From the IMG/VR virus record IMGVR_UViG_3300045911_000603: a stretch of DNA of 64,000 bases, one strand, 5' to 3'. Made by a program: the position numbers and the translations under genes. The notes below the pieces were generated by a model that worked only from the letters and a program-made list of their open reading frames with translations, was not told the DNA's origin and searched no databases. Source of the stretch: an uncultured virus (IMG/VR IMGVR_UViG_3300045911_000603). Its lineage: Duplodnaviria > Heunggongvirae > Uroviricota > Caudoviricetes. Below, piece by piece: positions 29,601 to 38,252 of the stretch (position 1 is the stretch's first letter; every line of letters starts with the position of its first letter).

Positions 29601-29689
29601 GGACGAACCTCTCCGTTCTCGTCGAGCAGTTCATCCAGCAGATCAAAAAAGTTCGTGTCGATGGGATTGCGGTTGCGCAGGGTGGCCAT
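23621..29689 (-). CDS. DarB-like N6-adenine methyltransferase / SNF2-type helicase fusion
   Basis: MTase motifs ILEPAMGIG and NVPF; helicase HDVGYGKT, DEAH, TATP, QRNGRIIRQGN; 2022 aa. Confidence 0.9.
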   Translation of the reverse strand: MATLRNRNPIDTNFFDLLDELLDENGEVRPPEVVRATVSEDGSGYVVVSEGTAAAATTPAEAQQEAEAAQSEEVYYQGDPAPPEPETEEAKTGRREEILARIARLSNAMLSRFTVATQVEELEEAHARLSSWAAENWESYTNLESFLTSWREAERANLSAEQRNYSYELGQEIKPRGKVTRIEANLRAIRLSKELEAMGRLPSPEEKQVLAAYTGWGAYKEVFNEQMGAFRNLSYASSFPAYQSWEKEYGRHYDALKEVLTEEEWNAAAASTLNAHYTSPEVCHALWEIAERIGFQGGAILEPAMGIGDIVGAAPAHLLERSLVTGVELDQVSARIAKLLYPEAKVIHSAFQDAKQIRLGSQDLVITNVPFSDTPPPGQDGEPLNLHNFFINEGQKRLKPGGIQIVITSASTMENNPSQRRILSENAQLLGAIRLPNSAFADNANTEVVTDILVLRKPDLQSVPHESFRDNLPVDLDESRYFNRLTGDPIKVVSVNEYFQRHPEMVLGHHSLAGRMYGRSERGQYTVEPREGEDLLTALREAIGRLPANVPNSSMAAKPAALEEEAAQTEEIYAGLDAKEENFILAETEQGLQLLSVGPDRKLIPPPWKREVEAILRTKVKEQPILSPEQVKQLKKQVRSRLPVGQIAANLGVTEEDVMQAYRIVRGEVFTFTTSRGPMATLPRGFDMARADELAADFAALRDALKRQIAVDLNPITSDSESESCRVALNAEYDRFVAKWGDIGENPAHDRLLSFDPEYGAVLALANVREERTSDGKKINVYSKAAILRERTLFPYSPAQSADNVEDAIYLSLSEKGYVDPARVAQLMGTEDVAGVETLISRSGRAFLDPESGLYQVREKYLSGNVRSKLQAAKKAASANAINAEIYEPNIEALEAVQPEMVTISAIRAQLGASWLPVEAVDRFLSQRCGISNASAAYLDGANRWIVGGNAYATQSAAEFSTSRKSALDIVTAALNDEKIQIFDKGFEGETIRNEKESNLANDRVQSVRKAFEDFIKEDEVARNAVEQAFNDRINHSVIPNYQGDYLRIPGLSSHFKPRPVQKAAVARLLQEQAGIVAHDVGYGKTATLIISAFESKRTGLAKKPMIVCDNSNYAQFVRAVRELYPQANILCSNEDSMNERNRTAFLSRVATGNWDIVLMPQSHFDRIPNSPQSQIEYAQQHINELRATLRSLDLEGGERSGDGAIRRMVRQTQKAIEKETAKISNLIKALRDNQDNTMDFQSLGVDLLLLDEAHRYKRSPFVTSMRNIKGLDTSNSQKAVNALIKFRSIQSQRNGKGVIGATATPVTNTMAEAWNMLRMFYPKILEEYGVTHFDRFARMFCEKSTQLELNEASGKWKEVDRLRKFINGEMFIRLIRGGMDVRNDPVEAGLVLPELEGGKPEMRVVPLTDTVADMVDGCSEIYANFERMTGEAKKKFSWIPIMLMQVNMAAAIDPRLIDEEAEDSPDSLVNQLVRNVIQVGKENPGKAQVIFLDRYRTMDTSILEKIRTGGITSATIELEDAEENAKKNEAKDEEDEENEEEIDVEELRATRGNFNLYHDIRDKLIAQGWSPDKIIIPSEAKSKDEKLAMLDRANTEPDVVVIGSTTRIGTGCNFQENLICAHHADPPRSMTPADLTQRNGRIIRQGNKNEKIKVIYYGMKDTCMPGIFDRIARKEAFVNQAMAGRGVGVEFEDAGSIDLNQMKAALISDKRVLHRAELQLAIKEAKTEMEVVQGRRLNLERNIRLLERNRKEIEEILPARELYSLKLMEQVTPPHSCPENQLLSYRLPHNPNIRVPELDEKGRPTKNTVFEELPGADGKASLDELIRVLDERFEQWKRIVFTASDAVVKPLGYLEVGGMKVRVTREQKSIADGTKAILVGQCLGPDDQKLGNEFTFGTANGILKMIQSRYETVAREPEQLKNKLEQTIKDLAVAREQLENAPSSASLEARVNELQEQLDALETDMRVNPFKRKSARERREEAEMAENPSNKDASNIVETDFQQAPEPDIEEEPPRIAGVAN

Positions 29690-29715
29690 TGGATTGTTCC
29701 TTGGTTTGTTCCAAA

Positions 29716-31236
29716 TTAGGATGCGGATGCGGCCAAATCTCCCGCCAGGATAATTTCGCCTTCATCACAAATCACTTGGTTGTCATCATTCAATCGAGCT
29801 TCGATTTTGCGCCCGTCTTTCGTAAAGAAGATTGCGGATTTGCCGGTGATATTGCCTCCGGCTACGGGAACTGGACCTTCTGCGGTGGCGATAATACCCA
29901 CCGGATCAAAGGACTCCTGCGGAGACTCCTCCACAACAGGCGCGGAAGCAGTATTCTGATTGGAGGCTGCTCCCTGACTCGCGGCGGCGGGCGCGGCGGC
30001 TGCTGCCGCCGCAGCTTGGCGTGCGGCCATGATTTCCTGAACCAATTTGCGCTGCGTAGCGGCTATTCCCAACGAGATTTCCTTGGCTGTGCCAGCGATG
30101 GTCAGCAGATTGCTCTGAATGTCTCGCGCCGTTGCTCCCCAACATTTGAGGTAGGCTGTGCTAAACTGATTGGGGACTCGCAGTTCCTTGGTCACTACAT
30201 AGCTGACCGCTTCCGCCCGCATTTCCCGGATTTCCTTGGATTCCTTGGAATCCTGCTTGCCTTCCTTCAAATCGAGCAGGTGGTGCGCGATCTCGTGGAT
30301 CAGCGTGCCAACTTTCTTCGAATCGGCCAAGGCGGGATTGATCCCAATACACCGTTGCGATCCTTTCATGTAAGCGATGCCGTTGGCCCCATTGGCGGTG
30401 TTCTCCGTAACCTCGATTCCAAGGTTGGCAGCGTATTTGCGCAGAATCGCATACACCTTGCGTGGGTGGGCCTGCCCCTCTTGCGTGCCTTGGTCGAGCA
30501 ATGGTTCGCCTACTGTATCCTTCCCGAGATCGGCCACACATTTGACCATCTTGAATCCAACCTTGGGCCCGGTTTTACGCTCTCCTTGATGGAGAGCACG
30601 GTCGATTTGCGACCGATACCGATCATTGACCCACCGCAAAAAGTATTCCTCACGCTGTTCCTTGGGTTGCTCGGCATCCTGCGGATTTTCCAGATTGAAA
30701 ATGGCTTTCAAGCCTTCGAGTCGCCCCTCATTTTCAGCCAACCACGTCTTGACCTCCTTTTGACGTTCCTCGGTGAACGGCGGATCGTGCCGCAGACGGT
30801 CCTTGTCCCGGCCTGACTTCACTCCTTTGCCCTGAATCTCCTCTGGTTCCGCCTCGGCGTCCTCCCTCGCGTCTTCCTCTGCATGGTTCTTGCCCTGCCT
30901 GCTCTCGCCTAAAATAATAGGCACCATGAGTTCCTTGAGCTCCGCGCCGGGTTTCAGGCGGTGATTGAAGCGTCCCAACTCCGAAACCGTCACCGGATGA
31001 CCAACCCCTTGAAAGGCCAGAAACATCATGTTGTAGGGACTCCAGAACTGCGCCTTGCCGGAAAAGTAATCCAGCAATTTTACAACACCATCGGGATCAC
31101 CTGCCTGCACTTTGGCAGCCAATTCCTCGCAATACGCTTTGAACCTTTCAGAATCTTCCTTGGTTCGGGCGCGTTCCTCGTATTGAGGTTTCTGCGCTTT
31201 GGGACCAACCGACGTGGGATAAAGATTTCGAGCCAT
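29716..31236 (-). CDS. ArdC-like ssDNA-binding / zincin antirestriction protein
   Basis: WSPYNMMFL ArdC N-terminal motif; HEIAH plus EMRAEAVSY zincin motif. Confidence 0.8.
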   Translation of the reverse strand: MARNLYPTSVGPKAQKPQYEERARTKEDSERFKAYCEELAAKVQAGDPDGVVKLLDYFSGKAQFWSPYNMMFLAFQGVGHPVTVSELGRFNHRLKPGAELKELMVPIILGESRQGKNHAEEDAREDAEAEPEEIQGKGVKSGRDKDRLRHDPPFTEERQKEVKTWLAENEGRLEGLKAIFNLENPQDAEQPKEQREEYFLRWVNDRYRSQIDRALHQGERKTGPKVGFKMVKCVADLGKDTVGEPLLDQGTQEGQAHPRKVYAILRKYAANLGIEVTENTANGANGIAYMKGSQRCIGINPALADSKKVGTLIHEIAHHLLDLKEGKQDSKESKEIREMRAEAVSYVVTKELRVPNQFSTAYLKCWGATARDIQSNLLTIAGTAKEISLGIAATQRKLVQEIMAARQAAAAAAAAPAAASQGAASNQNTASAPVVEESPQESFDPVGIIATAEGPVPVAGGNITGKSAIFFTKDGRKIEARLNDDNQVICDEGEIILAGDLAASAS

Positions 31237-31274
31237 AAATTATTTATATATTACCCCGCGTTCTCCCCGTCAAT
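31234..31274 (-). promoter_or_regulatory. Sigma70-type promoter with ATAAATAATTT motif abutting the start codon
   Basis: TTGACG-N17-TATATA-AATAATTT-ATG; similar elements at 34747-34789 and 39854-39893. Confidence 0.65.
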
Positions 31275-31734
31275 CAAAAAAATCTCGATGACCGAGCTGC
31301 GAGCGGGGCATCTGCACAACCGGAGAGGAGACGAGAGATGGGAATGGGTCCGGGGAGATTCAATCATGCGGCACTTGCGGTTGCATTCTTCTGTTTTGCA
31401 TTACTTCTCTCCGCAACATTCAACAACTCCATTCCAAGTTTATGGGCAATTTCCGGTGGCAGACACATGGCGATCTTGAATGATGCTTGTCCAATATCAT
31501 TTCCTGTTGGCACGAACCTTCGCAACTGAAGCCATATGTGTTGCTGGTTGCTATAAACAAGGACAGCATCCGTGGAGTTCACGGGCAGGTGAATTGCACG
31601 AGTGCCTTTTGGAGTTCCCATAATCAGAATTAAGGTGCCTGGCCCTGCCGCCAAAACAATGAGGCAACTGCCTGCTCCAGGCGGGCCATTAGCAGAATGT
31701 CGCCCGCCGTGGAGTAGAGGCGGCAAAACCGTTT

Positions 31735-32016
31735 TTAGGCTACTGCGGCCTGTTTCGGCCACACCGCCTGGATGCGCGAAGGAAGCTCTTTGCGCCATCC
31801 ATCCATGCCCACGTCAACCGCAGTTTCGTAGGTGGCCGAAGGGTATCTCTCTTGCACGGAACCGATGGATTCAATAGCCAGATCGACCAATTCCTCCATT
31901 ACATTGCTGCCGTCCTCAAGGTAGGCAATGAGATCGGCGGCGGCTTGTTCATCGTCGGGGAACAGATCGCCCCGGATGTAGCCTCTGACGCATTCACGAA
32001 TTGTTGATTTGTCCAT
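31735..32016 (-). CDS. Small acidic hypothetical protein
   Basis: Likely start MDKSTIREC at 32016. Confidence 0.55.
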   Translation of the reverse strand: MDKSTIRECVRGYIRGDLFPDDEQAAADLIAYLEDGSNVMEELVDLAIESIGSVQERYPSATYETAVDVGMDGWRKELPSRIQAVWPKQAAVA

Positions 32017-32077
32017 AGTAGTAGTTGGGTTGAGTTTTACTGGGGAGTTGCCTCCAATCAATGATACGCACGGAATC

Positions 32078-32362
32078 TCACATGGAAAGTCCCTCCTCAC
32101 TCTCGCCGGTGAGGGCTTCCGATTCGCCGGTGAGGGCTTCCGATTCGCCGGTGAGGGCTTCCGATTTTTCCGCTTCTTCGGCAGCAATCGCGGCAATTCG
32201 TTGAACCTTCTGTTCCAGCTTCACCGCTTCCTGCAAAAGATCGAAGAGAGCCATTAGCGCGAACTGATTGCCGCCAAAGATGGCGTCCTTATGGGCCGCC
32301 CGCAATTCCTCTATGAAGAACTGGAACGAGTCCCTTGCTTTTGTTATGTTTTCGGTTTGCAT
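32078..32362 (-). CDS. Small hypothetical protein with (SEALTGE)x3 and C-terminal EEGLSM
   Basis: Co-oriented ORF; carries the shared C-terminal tag. Confidence 0.6.
   Translation of the reverse strand: MQTENITKARDSFQFFIEELRAAHKDAIFGGNQFALMALFDLLQEAVKLEQKVQRIAAIAAEEAEKSEALTGESEALTGESEALTGESEEGLSM
32103..32165. repeat. 21-bp tandem repeat x3 (TCGCCGGTGAGGGCTTCCGAT)
   Basis: Seen directly; in frame within 32078-32362. Confidence 0.95.
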
Positions 32363-32373
32363 AATTCTTGGTT

Positions 32374-33411
32374 CTACATCGCAGTGATCTCGCTCTCCTC
32401 CTCGTCCTCCCCGGAGGCTTGGGGTGATGGCATTGTCCTTGGAGACATTTTGGGAGCTTGCGCTCGGTCGGCCACCAAAGATTCGTCAAGAAATTGCTTA
32501 ACCTCATACGATAATTGCAGATCGCCCCTGCTTGCATGGATCTTCTGGAGAAGCTCCGCATCAAATTCACGCTCTGGTCCCGCCCACGGCTTCACGAATA
32601 TGATTTCGTTGGGATGATCCTTCACATGCCGCAGTAAATAACCAAGTTCATGAAACGCATAAGACCAGCCTCGTTCCATCATGCTTTGCCATTGCCCATT
32701 CGAAGCCACGCCTGGCCGAATCATTTCCCCCGTTGCATCGTCCCGAAGCAGTAGAAATACTTTCGCCAGTTCTAGCTGCTCGGTAGATTCCAGAATCGCG
32801 TTGAAAGCCTTGGTGATGGCCTGCTTGGTCATCTCATACTCTGGTAGCTTCACTATCGCATCCCCAACACATACTCCGATCTGCCAATGATACTCCGGTT
32901 TGGATTTATCATCCGTATCCGGACGAAAGCAGCGGAGTCGCATTTTAATACTGGGGGAGTCCCATTTCCTTTCCACCTTGCAAATAACCTCGCCGTATAG
33001 ATTCCTTTCCACGAGCCAACCTTTTTGCTCGGCAGTCGGCTTCACGGCATCAAAAAGAACATCCATTCCTTGCGCCAAGGTCTTGGAGTTCGGAGGACGC
33101 GGCGGCAGGGTTTGCGGATAAACTCGGAGCATCACATTTGTCCATTCGTCCACGCACTCCACTTCCCCGCGAACATTGGGAAACTCCTTCTCGACCGCAC
33201 GCACCATGCGCCAGGCCGCCTTAATATCCTCCTTGCCTGGGGTTTCGTCATAAACGCTCCCGGCGTCACGGGTTGAGAACAGCAACTTCCTTTTAGCAGC
33301 GTCCTCACCATCAAAGGTTAGGCATGTGCTTTGGCTTTCGCGCTGCAATCGCGGAATGATTTTTTTTACATCCTCAAACGAGGGAACTGGCTTGGTTTTC
33401 GGCGCAGCCAT
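32374..33411 (-). CDS. Hypothetical protein, paralog of 34782-35780
   Basis: Shared block VEKEFPNVRG...RVYPQTLPPRPP; ends EEEESEITAM. Confidence 0.65.
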   Translation of the reverse strand: MAAPKTKPVPSFEDVKKIIPRLQRESQSTCLTFDGEDAAKRKLLFSTRDAGSVYDETPGKEDIKAAWRMVRAVEKEFPNVRGEVECVDEWTNVMLRVYPQTLPPRPPNSKTLAQGMDVLFDAVKPTAEQKGWLVERNLYGEVICKVERKWDSPSIKMRLRCFRPDTDDKSKPEYHWQIGVCVGDAIVKLPEYEMTKQAITKAFNAILESTEQLELAKVFLLLRDDATGEMIRPGVASNGQWQSMMERGWSYAFHELGYLLRHVKDHPNEIIFVKPWAGPEREFDAELLQKIHASRGDLQLSYEVKQFLDESLVADRAQAPKMSPRTMPSPQASGEDEEESEITAM

Positions 33412-33809
33412 AATTTCACTCCTCGTTCTTGATTGCATCCCACTGCGCCCTAAGCGTGTAGTATTGGAGGTTGCCCTCATGCAGAAATCCCGCCATTCTC
33501 CTGGGTCAAATCATCTTCACAGAAGCCCAAGAACATTTCCACCCCATAGCCCTTGGCCAAGGTTCCCGCAATTTCCTTGGCATATCCAAGGTCATGGTAA
33601 TCCCCCACATGCCCTGCCAATCCGGGGAAATCCCCATCCCAACCGGCCCGACGCACATAGACTGCGAAAAAACCTCCTCGTCATTGGGTGGCGTGTCATC
33701 GCCAAAAAGCTGCGTTGGACTCCCATCAATACTGTCATAATACAGCCTGGCTACGTCCACGCGAGTTACTTCTTGCATGAGAAAAACTCCAAATGCTGCC
33801 ACAAAGGTT

Positions 33810-34325
33810 TCACATTCCTTGCGTCATTTCCTCTTCATTGTCAGTCTCTTCCTGCGGAGTCTCCTGTGCGTTTTTTCGGCGCGCAAGCTCGGCTTCGAGT
33901 TCTTCGGTGCTTACGTCCTCCAGCGGGGAGCGAGTAGCTTCGGTATTCTCGGCCTCTATTTTGCGCATCGTGGAGCGTGCTTGACTTGAGGCAATGCGCC
34001 ATGCGCGGAGCAGATCATCCGATTCCTCAAGAGACTCGATGTGATCTTTGGCCAATTGGATGGCCTCCTCAAGATCCGCCCCATCCATTTTCGTAATTCT
34101 TCCGCCGTGCTCCTCAAAGTATCCTTGATTGCTGCCATACCGATCATCAATCACGACGCGAACCTCGCCGCTTGGAATCAGATAGTAGGACACTTCTCGA
34201 AATCCTATGCCGCCCCCTGGCGGATTCCAGTAGCCCTGATCGTCACTGCCAAGTTCGAGGTTGCCTTTTTCGGTGAGGTTAAGGTTAAGTTTTTTTGCGA
34301 GTGCTTCGAGGTTGATTTTTTTCAT
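33810..34325 (-). CDS. Acidic hypothetical protein
   Basis: 171 aa, Glu-rich, ends EEEMTQGM. Confidence 0.65.
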   Translation of the reverse strand: MKKINLEALAKKLNLNLTEKGNLELGSDDQGYWNPPGGGIGFREVSYYLIPSGEVRVVIDDRYGSNQGYFEEHGGRITKMDGADLEEAIQLAKDHIESLEESDDLLRAWRIASSQARSTMRKIEAENTEATRSPLEDVSTEELEAELARRKNAQETPQEETDNEEEMTQGM

Positions 34326-34393
34326 AAGTTTGGGTGTTTGCTTTATTGAGTTGAGAACGGTAATAATTCGCCGCCAATCAAAATTTCCTGTGG

Positions 34394-34693
34394 TTACATG
34401 GAGATCTCTTCATCTTCCCTTGCTTCCTGGGCGGCCTTCCATTCGGAAACCGGGATTGGGGTCCAGTGGAGATCGAGTGTAATCCAATTCGTGCCAAGGA
34501 TTTCCACGAGGGAAATATATCCCCTCTCCGCACCATAGCCCAAGTTGGCATAGCCGTAGGCTTGATGTTGGCCCGGCTCTTCCTCATCGCCCGCATCCTT
34601 CTCGATGATATGGAAGTCGCATCTTCCTCCGAAATAGTGCAGATAAATGAGCGGATCATCGGTGGACCTCCGGGCCTCGTAGGTGGCAGGCAT
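34394..34693 (-). CDS. DUF2958-like small protein (possibly frameshifted at its 5' end)
   Basis: LHYFGG..D..I.E.D...QAYG..LG...E.GYIS..E......LDLHW.P pattern; ends EDEEISM. Confidence 0.6.
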   Translation of the reverse strand: MPATYEARRSTDDPLIYLHYFGGRCDFHIIEKDAGDEEEPGQHQAYGYANLGYGAERGYISLVEILGTNWITLDLHWTPIPVSEWKAAQEAREDEEISM

Positions 34694-34781
34694 CGTGCGA
34701 ATGCGTTACGCTGTGCATTTTCGGATTTACTCATTCCAAGTGTGCTCATGTAAAATTATTTATTTACCAAGCTCGGCAGAG

Positions 34782-35780
34782 TCAAGCTGATAAATGCGGC
34801 AAAGATTCTTCCTCGGCGCAGCTTGCGATCATGGCATCGCCTGCGGCCAGCAATGCACCCCAACGCGGATCTTCCCGCATGGAGCGCATCGTCAGGGGAC
34901 CGACATGAAAATCCGTCAGGGACGCCAGACGAGCATCCAATTCGGTCGTCAGCGGCAATTTTTCCAATGGATGCCACGGACAGACCAGGACAACCTTCTG
35001 TGGATGGTGGGGATTCGCAAAGCAATTCACCAGGGAAGGCATTGCGGATTCCGGCAAAAAGGTGCCGGTTTGCTGTCCTCGGGCCCATGATTCCTTGGTC
35101 CATCCCGGGGGAGCAATGGGCTGGCCATCTGCATCCCCTCCGACAAACGTGACCCGGGCCAGGCGAAATTGACAAGACAGATCGCAGAGATGGGCAAATG
35201 CGGTCACGATCTCCTCGCCCTGCAACTTGTTTTTGGGCGTGGGGCATATAACGCCGCTGTCCCCAACGCGCAGGTTCATGCGCCATGCTTGGGATGGTTC
35301 ATGGACAATTTGCGGATCGAGCCAAATGCGCACAGATTCCCCGGATGGAGCTTGCATGGCAAATCCTGGAGCCAGCGCATTCTCCGTGGATGCGTGCAGG
35401 GTGAGCTTGGTTGAGCGAGGGATCATGCGGCGGATGGATGGCAGGACTTCCGCCAAGGCGCGGTAGCGGTCCTTGCTGGATGGTGGTCTTGGAGCAAGTG
35501 CCTCGGGATAAACTCGGAAGCGCAGGACCAATCTGCCTGCCTCCGATCCCACACCCCCTCGCACATTGGGAAACTTGCGCTCCACCTCCTTGCGCATTTG
35601 GAGGACTTTTTGCGGGCAGGCGTCTGGTTTGCCGCCCTCCCAGGTCAAATCGCAGAAGTATTCATTCTCCATGGGGCGTAAGGTCGCCCCGGTCTGGCGA
35701 ATCTTGGCATCCAATTCGTGACTTAGGCGGGAAAATGTTTCCCGCTGCACATCATCTTCGGTGGATTGAGGCTTGGACAT
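34782..35780 (-). CDS. Hypothetical protein, paralog of 32374-33411
   Basis: VERKFPNVRG...RVYPEALAPRPP; ends EEESLPHLSA. Confidence 0.65.
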   Translation of the reverse strand: MSKPQSTEDDVQRETFSRLSHELDAKIRQTGATLRPMENEYFCDLTWEGGKPDACPQKVLQMRKEVERKFPNVRGGVGSEAGRLVLRFRVYPEALAPRPPSSKDRYRALAEVLPSIRRMIPRSTKLTLHASTENALAPGFAMQAPSGESVRIWLDPQIVHEPSQAWRMNLRVGDSGVICPTPKNKLQGEEIVTAFAHLCDLSCQFRLARVTFVGGDADGQPIAPPGWTKESWARGQQTGTFLPESAMPSLVNCFANPHHPQKVVLVCPWHPLEKLPLTTELDARLASLTDFHVGPLTMRSMREDPRWGALLAAGDAMIASCAEEESLPHLSA

Positions 35781-35840
35781 GCTTGGATGCTAAAACGCAC
35801 GCACCCCCTCATGCAATGCACAACAGAATCCCGAGACGGT

Positions 35841-36569
35841 TCATGCGGAAACCCCGCCTTCCTCCCCATAAACAGCGCAGCAAAATTCCTTGAGGTAATC
35901 CTCTGCCGTAACCCCATACGGGCGTTTCGTGGCAAACCAAAGCACCCAAGTATCGAGGGTTTCAATTGCGGATTGCCGCCCGGTGAAGGCCTCAAACCAT
36001 TCGCTGGAATCCTTCACCGCTTGATGCACGACATCGTAATTATACCCCTCCAACGGAACAATCCGGTTGCTACCACCGTGGCCATCGTTGGACACACGCA
36101 AAATCGGCCTGCCTGCCTTCCAAATTTCAGCCGAGAACGCCAGGGTTTCCTCGCTCAAGTGCTCCGCCGACTTGAACTTGCGAACCTCATAACAATCCAT
36201 GGGCGTTTTCTTGGTGTCGATAGCCAAGGGTTCCGACGATGGAAAGACCTGCCCATAAGGAATGAAAACAACTTTCTCGCCCCCATCTTCAACCACTTCC
36301 AGACCATGGGATCGGCGGGCAGAGACAACGCCAAACCGCTTGCTCTTGGTGGCAGGATCCTCCCACTCCACCCGGTCGTTCTTGCGCAAAAGGAAGTGAG
36401 GAGGTATCGGGGTGTCGCTCGGAAGAAAGGCAGCTTCGTCCCCGGATAAGAGCAGACCATCATCGGTGACAACCGAGATTTTGCCATTCCTATTGGAAAG
36501 CACCATTCCCTCCTTCAGGAATCCCTCCACTGGCCGCAAGGTCTTGATTCGTTGGCCTTTGGTTATCAT
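35841..36569 (-). CDS. Hypothetical protein
   Basis: SEETLAFSA...VSNDGHGG motif; ends EEGGVSA. Confidence 0.65.
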   Translation of the reverse strand: MITKGQRIKTLRPVEGFLKEGMVLSNRNGKISVVTDDGLLLSGDEAAFLPSDTPIPPHFLLRKNDRVEWEDPATKSKRFGVVSARRSHGLEVVEDGGEKVVFIPYGQVFPSSEPLAIDTKKTPMDCYEVRKFKSAEHLSEETLAFSAEIWKAGRPILRVSNDGHGGSNRIVPLEGYNYDVVHQAVKDSSEWFEAFTGRQSAIETLDTWVLWFATKRPYGVTAEDYLKEFCCAVYGEEGGVSA

Positions 36570-36581
36570 AGGGTGTTCTCC

Positions 36582-37424
36582 TTACATTTTGATGCCGTCA
36601 TCGGCTGGAAGGTCGCTCATGGGAGAATCGTTCCATCGCCCAGGGAATTTAACCTTCCCCGACGCCTCGAATTCGAACTGCGGAGTTTTGATGGCCTCGG
36701 CCAGAACCTCCAGAACCTCATCCGTGGAGCAGGTCTCACTCGCCACAGGATTGCTCTCTGCGGCAAAGTTCGAGACGGCTCCACGCAGCAGCAGGGCAGC
36801 AGCAGTCATCCCGCCAGACCGTTCTTCCCGCAGGAGAGCATCTGTTATGGCGTCCTGAACGAGAGGAGTCGAACAATGCTGCTCCGTGCGGGCAAGCATT
36901 CCCAACACTGGACCAATGACATTCGGCTCAACCTGCCCGAGATCGGTTCCTGCTAGGAAAACCTTGCGAGGCGTCCCATCGGAATTCTTCACGCCATTTC
37001 GCGCAAATTCCCGATTGATGACATGGGCAAGGAACATTTGCGCGGAGCGGGCAGTCGGGAAATCAATCGTGGGACGCTTATCGCTGTCCTTGAACATACC
37101 GATCAGATCACGCACGCTCATTTGCTGCGAAACGAGCAGAATCACATCGCCCACGGTCTGCGCAATAAACGAATCGCTTCCCGGGAATTCACCCGCACAA
37201 ACACTCTGCTCGGCCAGATCGTTAAGCAGGGTATCAGGGATCATTACGCTCTGGCCCTCCTCGGATTTGTATTCACCAGGGGAGGAAATGATTTCTTGGA
37301 TGGTTTGGACCGTCAAAGACAACGATCCAAGTCCCATTTGGAACCCCTCTTGGTGTCCTTCCATTCCAACCGCACGCCTGGCGTTGGTCTTTACGGACTG
37401 CTCAATAATCGCGTCACAATACAT
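36582..37424 (-). CDS. Hypothetical protein
   Basis: Likely start MYCDAII at 37424 (avoids overlap with upstream gene); ends ADDGIKM. Confidence 0.6.
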   Translation of the reverse strand: MYCDAIIEQSVKTNARRAVGMEGHQEGFQMGLGSLSLTVQTIQEIISSPGEYKSEEGQSVMIPDTLLNDLAEQSVCAGEFPGSDSFIAQTVGDVILLVSQQMSVRDLIGMFKDSDKRPTIDFPTARSAQMFLAHVINREFARNGVKNSDGTPRKVFLAGTDLGQVEPNVIGPVLGMLARTEQHCSTPLVQDAITDALLREERSGGMTAAALLLRGAVSNFAAESNPVASETCSTDEVLEVLAEAIKTPQFEFEASGKVKFPGRWNDSPMSDLPADDGIKM

Positions 37425-37473
37425 TGTGACTCTTCGCGCCGTATCCTTGTTGCAAATAAATCTCTGCATAAGG

Positions 37474-38214
37474 TTAGCAGGAGATGCTTGATCCCTCATC
37501 CGCATCCGCCACGGCATACTCTTCGGCAGTTGCCACGGCTGGCGTGATGGCCACATAAGCTCTAATTGCTCCCCGCCCATCGGTCGAGAACCCTTCGATT
37601 CGAGCGGTGTCGCCATCTGCATTGATGAGGACATCCACATCCTTGCCAGCATCGTGCAAGTCCATGAGATTGCGCAGCGTGAGGGGAACAAAGGTTTGCG
37701 ACTCCCGATCCCCGACTCGTCCCTCCAAGATATAACTAACCGCAGTGGGTTTTTCGGCACCGGATTCCCCATCGAAGCGGATCTTGTAGCCGAATACTTC
37801 ATGGTCCTGATTGATCCGAGCGGTTGCCACCAGAACAGGAGCGTGCTTGCCTTTGGTCAGCATGGTTTGGCCATCCTTGACATATTCCCGTTGGACTGGA
37901 GTTCCGATGCCGATTTCATTGGTGATGGGTTTCTTTTTCCCGTCCACCACTACCACTTCGCGGACTTTGAGGATTCCTCCCGCCGCCAATTCCAGGACTT
38001 CATCAGGGGAAAGGGTCTTGCCAAACAGATTGCCCTTGATGGCGAAAAATTCGTTCTTGGTCTTATCCAAGACGCTGTAGTTGACCAGTTCGCGCCCTGT
38101 ATTGGGAGAGGTGGTCTTGGTGCAGAACACCGCAAATTGCTCATTGCTGGCCACAGGTGTTTTCTTGGTGTTGGAGTTGCCGATGCTGGCAATGTCATTT
38201 TCGATTTTACTCAT
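37474..38214 (-). CDS. Hypothetical beta-rich protein
   Basis: 246 aa; ends DADEGSSISC. Confidence 0.65.
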   Translation of the reverse strand: MSKIENDIASIGNSNTKKTPVASNEQFAVFCTKTTSPNTGRELVNYSVLDKTKNEFFAIKGNLFGKTLSPDEVLELAAGGILKVREVVVVDGKKKPITNEIGIGTPVQREYVKDGQTMLTKGKHAPVLVATARINQDHEVFGYKIRFDGESGAEKPTAVSYILEGRVGDRESQTFVPLTLRNLMDLHDAGKDVDVLINADGDTARIEGFSTDGRGAIRAYVAITPAVATAEEYAVADADEGSSISC

Positions 38215-38252
38215 GGTGTTATTTTGGTTGGGTTGGTGGTTGGGTGATTGGA

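Noticed and set aside
23597..30816. Long + strand ORFs (443, 967, 437 aa)
   Set aside because: Antisense to DarB-like and ArdC-like genes; no motifs of their own
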